From positions 3,104,001 to 3,168,000 of the forward strand of contig OY970325.1 in NCBI GenBank assembly GCA_963717145.1: a stretch of DNA of 64,000 bases, given 5' to 3'. Each line of letters opens with the position of its first letter. Position 1 is the first letter of the stretch. The stretch comes from an uncultured Armatimonadetes bacterium (lineage in GTDB: Bacteria; Armatimonadota; UBA5829; DTJY01). Below are positions 27,157 through 34,874 of this stretch, piece after piece. The translations under genes were made by a program, and so were the position numbers. Below the pieces are notes generated by a model. It was not told where the DNA came from and did no database searches. It saw only the letters and a program-made list of their open reading frames with translations.

Positions 27157-28744
27157 CAGCCTGTCTGAGAATTCCCCGCTATGTGGGTGAGTTTCCCATC
27201 TGCGGGGTCGCGCTGGCTGCTGTTCGATAGTGTTTTTCGCCGGATTTCCGGCGAGGGTCTGTAAAGACCCCTTGTACCTTGATAATCAGCCTGATCCAGG
27301 TCATATATCTACGTATCGAAGATCGATTTCCGGTCGCCGTATCGGTATAGCTTCAGCATGTTGTGCCCAAGACACGCAAGCGTCCACTCCGACTTCGCTT
27401 TCGCAAGGCCTCGGAGTAGGAAGCCTCGGAAGTTCCGTGCGCTCTTGATCTGGCCGAACACCGGCTCTACCGTCTCCTTCCGCCTCCCGTAGATCTTTCG
27501 GCCAAGAGGAGTCAAGAGCTTTGCTCTCTGGCGATCTGCGGCGGATTGCTTTGCCGGATCAAGGCAGGAAGGCGCCGTCGGCTCTTTGCCATGACGTTGT
27601 CTGTCAGGCGGTATATAAGCGTCGATCCCTTGCTGCTCGACCATCTCTATGTTGTCGCTGCTGAAGTATCCGGCATCGGCGGATAGTTCTTCCGGTTTCT
27701 TTCCGGTGTTCTCCTTGATTGCCTCGATCATGTCACTAAGATGCGGTGAGTCCGCTGCCTGGTTCGTGAGATCACACGCCACTACAATCTGATGATCTGC
27801 GTCTACCGCAGCTTGTCCGTTGTATGCCTGCACGAAGGCTTTCTTTGCGTCCTTCATTATCCGGCTTTCCGGGTCTGTGAAGTTCCGCTGTGCCTTCCCT
27901 TCCGGCTCTGTCTTTACGGGCCCCGGCTCTCTGCCGCGAGGCTTCTTCCCGGATGCTTCCTGCTCCGCCTTCTCTTGGGCTCGCATCGCTTCTTCGGCTG
28001 ATGCTCGCTCTTTGGCCTCGCGCTCCAGCGCTTCTTTTGCTTCCCTGATCTTGGCGAGCCGCTTCTCTCTGGTTGCGAGTTCCTCCGGGAGTTCGTCTCC
28101 TCGGCGGTCAAGACCATATTCCGCGTCTTCCTGGTCGTCCACAGAAAGACCCTTCGCAAGGAGCGCCTCGATCTCAGCCTGAAGCTCTTTTTCTTTCTCG
28201 ACCATCCGAGAGTAGCTCATGGCGGAGTGCTTGCTTGCGTTGGCAAGCAGCTTTGTTCCGTCTATGGCTATGTGTTTCATCGACACAAGCCCGGCGCTTG
28301 CGCATAGCCTGAGCACTTGCACAAACAGGTCCGCAAGGGACTTGAGATGCCTCTTCCTGAACTCGCTTATCGTGCGGAAGTCGGGATGATTTCCTGCCGC
28401 AAGCACCCGGAAGGCTACATCTTCATACGTGGCCAGGGAGAGCTTTCGAGATGAATACACTCCCCGGCACAAACCGTAGAATATGATCTTTGTAAGCATT
28501 GCCGGATGGAACGGCGGCGCTCCTCGGGCCTCTTTCTCGTATGAGGCGTATATCGCGGAAAGGTCGAGTCCGTCTACGACATCGCTCACAAAGTATGCGA
28601 GATGTCCTTGGGGAAGCCACTCCGAGATCGACGGCGGCATCAAGAATATCTGGTCGGGTTGATAAGGAAGGTATGGCTTGCTCATACCAGTATTTTACTA
28701 TATATCTGGCACCTTGTGCCAGAGGTTATTTCGTGGACAGGCTG
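27157..28744 (-). mobile_element. IS1182-family insertion sequence, copy 2 (complete, 1588 bp)
   Basis: IRs CAGCCTGTCTGAGAAT / ATTTCGTGGACAGGCTG; CTAG duplicated at 27153-27156 and 28745-28748. Confidence 0.95.
27309..28685 (-). CDS. IS1182-family transposase
   Basis: Full-length 458 aa; matches copy 1 except VVDG/VVDS. Confidence 0.94.
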   Translation of the reverse strand: MSKPYLPYQPDQIFLMPPSISEWLPQGHLAYFVSDVVDGLDLSAIYASYEKEARGAPPFHPAMLTKIIFYGLCRGVYSSRKLSLATYEDVAFRVLAAGNHPDFRTISEFRKRHLKSLADLFVQVLRLCASAGLVSMKHIAIDGTKLLANASKHSAMSYSRMVEKEKELQAEIEALLAKGLSVDDQEDAEYGLDRRGDELPEELATREKRLAKIREAKEALEREAKERASAEEAMRAQEKAEQEASGKKPRGREPGPVKTEPEGKAQRNFTDPESRIMKDAKKAFVQAYNGQAAVDADHQIVVACDLTNQAADSPHLSDMIEAIKENTGKKPEELSADAGYFSSDNIEMVEQQGIDAYIPPDRQRHGKEPTAPSCLDPAKQSAADRQRAKLLTPLGRKIYGRRKETVEPVFGQIKSARNFRGFLLRGLAKAKSEWTLACLGHNMLKLYRYGDRKSIFDT

Positions 28745-28756
28745 CTAGTGGGGTGT

Positions 28757-28803
28757 AAGCATGCTGAAGCAAGCTCTTCGTATTAGCTTGCTTCAGCATG
28801 CTT
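28757..28803. repeat. Perfect 19-bp inverted repeat (AAGCATGCTGAAGCAAGCT) between IS and thiL
   Basis: 28757-28775 pairs with 28785-28803; 9-nt loop. Confidence 0.75.
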
Positions 28804-28847
28804 GATATGCGCTAGGCCCATTATTGATGATGGGACGGGGGATCGGC

Positions 28848-29855
28848 GTGAAGCTCTCCGAACTCGGTGAAGAAGCGCTGATAGAGAGAATCGTGAAGGA
28901 GCACGGACTCCCTGTGTCCGGGCCGGGACTGATCGTCGGCGTGGGGGATGATGCCGCTGTACTCGATACAGGTGCGAATGACTACATCGTCGTCACCACC
29001 GACATGCTCATCGAGGGCACGCACTTCCGCTTCGACATCAACACGCCCTACCAACTCGGCTGGAAGTCGGTCGCCGCCAACATCAGCGACATCGGCGCGA
29101 TGGGCGGCCTCCCGACCTGGACCTTCGTCTCCATGGCATTTCGTGCGGAGATGGATGTCGCGTTCGTCGACGACCTCTACCGAGGCATGACGGAGTGCGC
29201 CCGGCGGTTCGGTAGCATGGTGGTCGGCGGCGACACGAACGCGGTCGATGCCGAGTCGGTGATCAGCATCACCCAGATGGGGACGGTCGAGCCGGAGCAC
29301 GTCGTTCGGCGCGTCGGCGCGCGTCCGGGTGATCGGATACTCGTCACCGGGCGGCTCGGTGACTCGCGCGGAGGGCTCGAACTGCTCCTCAGGTATGGGC
29401 TGGATGAGGCAACCCGTATGCACCCCCGGCTCGCGGAGGCCCACCTGATGCCGATCCCTCGAGTCCCGGAGGCCCGTGCGGCGGTTCAGACCGGCGGCCT
29501 GCGCGCGATGATGGACCTGAGCGACGGATTGGGCGCGGACCTGCCGAAGTTGTGCAAGGCGAGCGGTATCGGAGCCGTCGTCTACGCGGACCGGCTCCCG
29601 ATCAGCGAGGACCTGCGGGCTGCGGCGGCTCTCCTCGGCAAGGATGCGGTGGACCTGGCGGCGGGCGGCGGTGAGGACTTCGAGTTGCTCATGGCGGTCT
29701 CACCGGATGGTGTCGAGCAGGTGATTGAGGCCATTCAGGAAGCCACCGGCACCCGCGTGACGGAGATTGGCGAGATCACCGATGGCCGCTCGGTGGAGAT
29801 CGACCGCAACGGCGACAGAAAGCCGCTCAAAGGCGGGTGGGAGCACTTTGCATGA
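28848..29855 (+). CDS. thiL: Thiamine-monophosphate kinase
   Basis: GVGDDAAV, TTDMLIEGTHF, AANISDIGAMGG, VVGGDT, MDLSDGL, GGEDFELL, GWEHF. Confidence 0.95.
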   Translation: MKLSELGEEALIERIVKEHGLPVSGPGLIVGVGDDAAVLDTGANDYIVVTTDMLIEGTHFRFDINTPYQLGWKSVAANISDIGAMGGLPTWTFVSMAFRAEMDVAFVDDLYRGMTECARRFGSMVVGGDTNAVDAESVISITQMGTVEPEHVVRRVGARPGDRILVTGRLGDSRGGLELLLRYGLDEATRMHPRLAEAHLMPIPRVPEARAAVQTGGLRAMMDLSDGLGADLPKLCKASGIGAVVYADRLPISEDLRAAAALLGKDAVDLAAGGGEDFELLMAVSPDGVEQVIEAIQEATGTRVTEIGEITDGRSVEIDRNGDRKPLKGGWEHFA

Positions 29856-29856
29856 A

Positions 29857-29984
29857 GCTCCCCTCCTTGATGAGGAGGGGTTGGGGACGGTCCGCTTGGC
29901 GGCTTGGCGGTTCCATCTCCGGATGGCGACGCCGTGGGAACCCCCTCGGCCCAGAGGCCGGTCCCCCTTCGTAAGGGGGACATC
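29857..29984. repeat. Composite repeat cluster between thiL and tsaE
   Basis: CCCCTCCTTGATGAGGAGGGG hairpin, CTTGGCGGCTTGGCGGTTCCATCTC (reverse copy at 34740-34772) and the reverse copy of the 6873-6968 element. Confidence 0.7.
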
Positions 29985-30004
29985 CAGTCCGACCCCTACG
30001 ACGG

Positions 30005-30458
30005 GTGAGAGAGACCAGCTTGAAGAGGCTTTCTTTTCGCACAACCAGCCCTGATGAGACCGAGGCCCTCGGCGAGCGGCTCGGGCGCGCGCTCGAGCCG
30101 GAGACCGTCGTCGCCCTCTTCGGCGAACTGGGGGCGGGCAAGACGACGCTCACGAAGGGAATCGCGCGCGGACTCGACGTGCCGGACCTCGTCCACAGCC
30201 CGACGTTCACTCTGATCCACGAGCACGAGGGCCGCGTGCGCATGAATCATATCGACCTCTACCGCCTCGACACATCACACCTGCCCGATCTGGGGTACGA
30301 GGAATACGTCTACGGCCCGGGAGTGACCGTCATCGAGTGGGCCGAGCGCGCGGGAGACCTGCTCCCGGAAGACCGCCTGGAGATTCGGATCACGGGCGAT
30401 GGTGACGAGCGCATCATTGAGGTCGTCGCGACGGGTCCGCATTCCGAGGGGATGATCG
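30005..30458 (+). CDS. tsaE: tRNA threonylcarbamoyladenosine ATPase TsaE; 3' end cut by IS3 (reads through to 30694)
   Basis: GELGAGKTT, VHSPTFTL, HIDLYRL, VIEWAE; native-looking sequence ends at the IS left end. Confidence 0.9.
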
Positions 30459-30936
30459 TGATCTTGCCTCGAATTAGTGGGCACCGGATAATAAGAGATG
30501 AGGTGACCCAAGATGAAGAGGCAGTATTCAGAAAGCTTCAAGGCGGAGGCGGTGAAGTTGGCCTTTTCCGGCAGGGCGAGCAAAGCTCGGATCGCAAAGG
30601 AACTGGGAGTCAACATCAACAGCCTGGACGCCTGGATCAGGAAGTACAAGGAGAGCCTGGGAGAGATCGATCCCAGGAAGAGAGAGTCCCTTGAGGACGA
30701 AGTGAAGCGTCTCCGCAAGGAGAACGATCTCCTCCGAGAGGAGAGAGACATATTAAAAAAAGCGGCGGCGTACTTTGCGAGGGAGCAGCAGTGAAGTACG
30801 CCTTCATCGCTGCTCAAGACGGCCGCTTCAGGATCGGGACGATCTGCGGGGTGCTCGGTGTGAGCCGGAGCGGCTACTACGCGTGGCAGGGGCGTCCCGA
30901 AAGCGATCGCGCCAGGAAGAACGAGAAGCTGCTCAC
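30459..30936 (+). mobile_element. Truncated IS3-family copy (IRL, orfA, start of orfB)
   Basis: Starts TGATCTTGCCTCGAATTAGTGGGCA; 478 bp matching 30937-31414 with two visible substitutions. Confidence 0.9.
30513..30794 (+). CDS. IS3-family transposase OrfA (truncated copy)
   Basis: YSESFKAEAV HTH, ENDLLREERDILKKA; TTAAAAAAAG slippery site. Confidence 0.88.
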   Translation: MKRQYSESFKAEAVKLAFSGRASKARIAKELGVNINSLDAWIRKYKESLGEIDPRKRESLEDEVKRLRKENDLLREERDILKKAAAYFAREQQ

Positions 30937-30990
30937 TGATCTTGCCTCGAATTAGTGGGCACCGGATAATAAGAGATGAGGTGACCCAAG

Positions 30991-31272
30991 ATGAAGAGGC
31001 AGTATTCAGAAAGCTTCAAGGCGGAGGCGGTGAAGTTGGCTTTTTCCGGCAGGGCGAGCAAAGCTCGGATCGCAAAGGAACTGGGAGTCAACATCAACAG
31101 CCTGGACGCCTGGATCAGGAAGTACAAGGAGAGCCTGGGAGAGATCGATCCCAGGAAGAGAGAGTCCCTTGAGGACGAAGTGAAGCGTCTCCGCAAGGAG
31201 AACGATCTCCTCCGAGAGGAGAGAGACATATTAAAAAAAGCGGCGGCGTACTTTGCGAGGGAGCAGCAGTGA
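30991..31272 (+). CDS. IS3-family transposase OrfA
   Basis: As above; A7G -1 frameshift motif at ~31231-31240. Confidence 0.9.
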   Translation: MKRQYSESFKAEAVKLAFSGRASKARIAKELGVNINSLDAWIRKYKESLGEIDPRKRESLEDEVKRLRKENDLLREERDILKKAAAYFAREQQ

Positions 31273-32138
31273 AGTACGCCTTCATCGCTGCTCAAGACGG
31301 TCGCTTCAGGATCGGGACGATCTGCGGGGTGCTCGGTGTGAGCCGGAGCGGCTACTACGCGTGGCAGGGGCGTCCCGAAAGCGATCGCGCCAGGAAGAAC
31401 GAGAAGCTGCTCACACGGATCAGGGAGGTCCACGCCGAGAGCAGAGACACCTACGGTAGCCCGAGGGTTCACATACGGCTTCGGCAGGCGGGTGAGACCT
31501 GCAGCAGAGGCCGTGTGGCCAGGCTCATGACAGCAAACGGAATCCGCGCAAGACAGAAACGGAAGTTCCGTGTTACGACTAACTCCAGGCACAACCAGCC
31601 TGTGGCGGCGAATCTGCTCAAGAGAAACTTCGAGGTAGCCAGACCGAACAGTGTCTGGGTAAGCGACATAACGTATGTGCATACCCGTGAGGGTTGGCTC
31701 TATCTTTCGGCGGTGATGGATCTTTACTCGCGCCAGATAGTGGGCTGGTCGATGAAAGAGACGCTTGGGAGTGTGCTCGCAAGTGAGGCGCTCAGGATGG
31801 CATACAAGAACAGAAGACCGGTCGGCGAAGTCATCCATCATTCGGATCGAGGGTGTCAGTACGCGAGCGGCGAATTTCGTAGGCTTCTCGAAGCCTACGA
31901 AATTCGAGCCAGCATGAGCGGCGCCGGGAACTGCTATGACAACGCCCCGATGGAGAGCTTCTTTGCGACGCTTAAGGCCGAGCTGATACATCATCGAACA
32001 TACTCCTCACGAGAGGAAGCGAGATCTGATATCTTCGAGTACATCGAAGTGTTCTACAATCGGCAGCGACTCCACTCGAGCCTCGGCTATCGGAGTCCCG
32101 CCAACTTCGAGGCGGCCGCTCTCGAACGAGCGGCCTAG
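31269..32138 (+). CDS. IS3-family transposase OrfB (DDE integrase core)
   Basis: YGSPRV, WVSDITY, HSDRGCQY, GNCYDNAPMESFF, YNRQRLHSSLGYRSP. Confidence 0.94.
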   Translation: MKYAFIAAQDGRFRIGTICGVLGVSRSGYYAWQGRPESDRARKNEKLLTRIREVHAESRDTYGSPRVHIRLRQAGETCSRGRVARLMTANGIRARQKRKFRVTTNSRHNQPVAANLLKRNFEVARPNSVWVSDITYVHTREGWLYLSAVMDLYSRQIVGWSMKETLGSVLASEALRMAYKNRRPVGEVIHHSDRGCQYASGEFRRLLEAYEIRASMSGAGNCYDNAPMESFFATLKAELIHHRTYSSREEARSDIFEYIEVFYNRQRLHSSLGYRSPANFEAAALERAA

Positions 32139-32169
32139 GTGATCTGTCCACGAAAACGGGGCAGGATCA

Positions 32170-32225
32170 GAGTATGAGTAGGAGTAGGAGTATGAGTAGG
32201 AGTATGAGTAGGAGTATGAGTATGA
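32170..32225. repeat. Hexamer tandem array (GAGTAK)x9 abutting the IS3 right end
   Basis: GAGTATGAGTAGGAGTAGGAGTATGAGTAGGAGTATGAGTAGGAGTATGAGTATGA. Confidence 0.85.
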
Positions 32226-32334
32226 GGGGAAGGGGGAGGGAGAGCAACCCCTAACCCACTGGTTGAATGCTCCCGACTTGGGGTAACATCAACCTGCCGA
32301 TCAGCGGCGCAATCCACGTAAGGAGATGATCATC

Positions 32335-32862
32335 ATGTTGAGCAGCAAGATGCAGGACGCACTGAACACCCAGATCAACGCGGAACTCTATTCGGCGTAC
32401 TTCTACCTGTCGATGTCCGCCTACTATGAATCCGTCAACCTGCCCGGGTTCGCCAATTGGATGCACGTCCAGTACCAGGAAGAAACGTTTCACGCGCTGA
32501 AGTTCTACGGCTACGTCACCAGTCGCGGAGGACGCGTGATCCTGACGGCGATAGACGCTCCACCGACGGAGTGGGGATCGGCCCTCGCGCCGTTCGAGGA
32601 CACCTACAAGCACGAGCAGAAGGTCACAGGACTCATCAACAACCTCGTCAACCTGGCCATCGACGAGCGGGATCACGCCAGCAATGCGATGCTCCAATGG
32701 TTCGTGACGGAGCAGGTCGAGGAGGAGAAGAACGCGAGCGACATCGTGGCAGAGATCAAGCTGCTCAAGGATGCGCCGGATGGGATATTCAGAATTGATC
32801 GGGAACTGGCAACTCGAGTCTACGTCCCGCCGACACCTGCAACTGAAGGAGGAGCACTGTGA
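32335..32862 (+). CDS. ftnA: Non-heme ferritin
   Basis: LNTQINAELYSAYFYLSM, EETFHA, HEQKVT, LQWFVTEQVEEE. Confidence 0.92.
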   Translation: MLSSKMQDALNTQINAELYSAYFYLSMSAYYESVNLPGFANWMHVQYQEETFHALKFYGYVTSRGGRVILTAIDAPPTEWGSALAPFEDTYKHEQKVTGLINNLVNLAIDERDHASNAMLQWFVTEQVEEEKNASDIVAEIKLLKDAPDGIFRIDRELATRVYVPPTPATEGGAL

Positions 32863-33365
32863 CATCCGAGGGATTGAAAGCCGCCATCGATCTCGAGCAG
32901 CGCGGACACGACTACTATGTCGGCGTCGCCGCTGGTTCGGACAACCCGCTGACGAGGGCAGCATTCTCGGCTCTGGCCGATGAGGAGCTTCGGCACATGG
33001 AACGCGCCAAGCAACTATATGACGAATCCGGCGCGGCCGACTCGCCCGCCGTACCGCTCGGTTCAGTCGAGGAGGTCGTGCGCGCGATCTTCGAGCAGTC
33101 GGACTGGAGTATGCGGAAGACGTGGCGCATGGACAACGCCGAGGCCTATGACCATGCGATGGGATTGGAGCGCCAAAGCATCGATTTGTACGGCCGGTTC
33201 GCCGAGGAAACCGAGTCATCCGCCGAGCGGGAGTTCTTCAACAGGCTGAAACACGAGGAACTCGGTCACCTGTCGGCGCTTCAGAACGTGTCGAACTACC
33301 TCGATCACACCGGCGACTGGTTTGCGTCCCAGGAAAACCAGGTCTGGAACTGGATGAACATGTAG
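32859..33365 (+). CDS. Ferritin-like/rubrerythrin-family protein
   Basis: AIDLEQRGHDYY...LADEELRH and AMGLERQSIDLY...EELGH diiron motifs. Confidence 0.85.
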   Translation: MTSEGLKAAIDLEQRGHDYYVGVAAGSDNPLTRAAFSALADEELRHMERAKQLYDESGAADSPAVPLGSVEEVVRAIFEQSDWSMRKTWRMDNAEAYDHAMGLERQSIDLYGRFAEETESSAEREFFNRLKHEELGHLSALQNVSNYLDHTGDWFASQENQVWNWMNM

Positions 33366-33452
33366 GAGAGTGTGGGAGTGTGGGGGTATGGGAGTATGGG
33401 AGTATCCGGACTCCCATACTCCCACACTCCCACACTCCCATAATCTCCCTAC
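33362..33452. repeat. Inverted octamer array (GTRTGGGA)n...(CTCCCAYA)n bounded by GTAG...CTAC, containing both convergent stop codons
   Basis: TAG stops at 33363-33365 (+) and 33449-33451 (-); related short array at 42466-42486. Confidence 0.85.
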
Positions 33453-34663
33453 GTCTTGTACGCCGGCAGCTTCCACGGCTTGCGGTACTCGCGCTGGTAT
33501 GAGAGGCACTCCTCGGCCTTTCGGTCGCCGATGATCTCGCCCTTCGCGCCGTCCCACTTGATGCTTCCGCCATGGAGGTAGGACAGATTCGCCAGGTGGC
33601 AGCAGACCGTTGTGCAATAAGTCGTCTCAATGTCCGACCGGCACGTGCCACGAGTCTTGATGTTGTCCAGGAAGTCCTGAATGTGGTCGCCGTTCTCGTA
33701 CTTCTTCTCAGGGCCGGGATGGTCGCCGTAGGGTGACCACTTGATGCCGCCGCGCTCGACGATGAGCTTGCCCTTCTCTCCGATGAACTCCGCTCCCCCG
33801 CCGCCGCCTCCATCGAGGCCCTCTTTGCCGATATGCGCCTCCCACTGCATCACGTAGTTCGGGAAACGGTAGACCGTGATCGATGTATCGGGAGTATCCT
33901 GGTCGTCGTCCTCCGGGCAGAAGAACTTGCCGCCGACCGATGATACCTCGAGCGGATGCCACTCGTTCATGCCGAGGAGCACGATGTCGATCATGTGAGC
34001 GCCCCAGTTGCCGGCGTTCCCCGTACCCCAGTCGAAGTAGCACCTCCAGTTGTACGGGTGGATGGTGTCGTGGTAAGGGCGCTTCGGCCCGGGTCCGAGC
34101 CAGAAATCCCAGTCGACGTGACCCGGCGGCTCCTTGATCGGATTCCTGCCGACTCCCGATTTTCCGCAGACCCATGCGCGGCACACTCGCACGGTCCCGC
34201 AGCCTCCCGACCGCACGAAGTCGATGGCATCGCGGAAGTGGCCCTGGCTTCGCTGCATGGTGTTGATCTGCACGACCCGCTTGTGGTGCCTGGCCGCGCC
34301 GAGCATCGCCTGAGCCTCGACGATGCTGTGGGAGAGTGGCTTCTCCGAGAAGATGTCCTTGCCCGCCTCACATGCGGTGATGAACGGAAGCGCGTGCCAG
34401 TGGTCAGGCGTGGCGATCATGACGGCGTCGATTTCCTTCATCTCCAGGAGGTCGCGGAAGTCCGTGAAGGCTTGCGGCCGCTTGCCGGTCTGCTTCTCGA
34501 CATCCACGAGCGCCTTGCCGAGGATGTCGGCGTCCACGTCGCACAGGGCCGCCACCTCGACCTCCGGGTGCTTGATGAAGCCGCGCATGTTGTTCGACCC
34601 CATGCCGCCGACCCCGATGCACCCGACGACGATCTTCTCGTTTGCCGATACATTATCTGCCAT
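33449..34663 (-). CDS. Gfo/Idh/MocA-family oxidoreductase
   Basis: IGVGGMG, IATPDHWH, GKDIFSEKP, WDFWLGPGP, NWGAHMID. Confidence 0.92.
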   Translation of the reverse strand: MADNVSANEKIVVGCIGVGGMGSNNMRGFIKHPEVEVAALCDVDADILGKALVDVEKQTGKRPQAFTDFRDLLEMKEIDAVMIATPDHWHALPFITACEAGKDIFSEKPLSHSIVEAQAMLGAARHHKRVVQINTMQRSQGHFRDAIDFVRSGGCGTVRVCRAWVCGKSGVGRNPIKEPPGHVDWDFWLGPGPKRPYHDTIHPYNWRCYFDWGTGNAGNWGAHMIDIVLLGMNEWHPLEVSSVGGKFFCPEDDDQDTPDTSITVYRFPNYVMQWEAHIGKEGLDGGGGGGAEFIGEKGKLIVERGGIKWSPYGDHPGPEKKYENGDHIQDFLDNIKTRGTCRSDIETTYCTTVCCHLANLSYLHGGSIKWDGAKGEIIGDRKAEECLSYQREYRKPWKLPAYKT

Positions 34664-34786
34664 ACCGATCCCTCCATCCGCGCTCATGACGTTCCATGGT
34701 AGAGTTGTCCGCCCGCCCGCCGAATCCCTGCCGGATCGGGAGATGGAACCGCCAAGACGCCAAGATCGCCAAGGGGAATAAGTGAG

Positions 34787-34864
34787 GTAGGGAACGCGGC
34801 GCTGTCCCGTTCCGCTCTGTTGGAGACCTTCCGGCCACGGAACGGGACGGCGGCCGTTCCCTAC
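34787..34864. repeat. GTAG-type REP doublet (GTAGGGAACG...CGTTCCCTAC)
   Basis: Same family as 23054-23154, sharing CCGTTCCGCTCTGTTGGA. Confidence 0.8.
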
Positions 34865-34874
34865 AATAGTGCAC

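Larger units (their letters stand above)
30937..32169 (+). mobile_element. Complete IS3-family insertion sequence (1233 bp)
   Basis: IRL TGATCTTGCCTCGAATTAGTGGGCA, IRR TGTCCACGAAAACGGGGCAGGATCA (TG...CA); no target duplication visible. Confidence 0.93.

Noticed and set aside
32144-32155. CTGTCCACGAAA shared by the IS3 right end and the IS1182 left end
   Set aside because: A 12-bp match between unrelated IS families; most likely coincidence.
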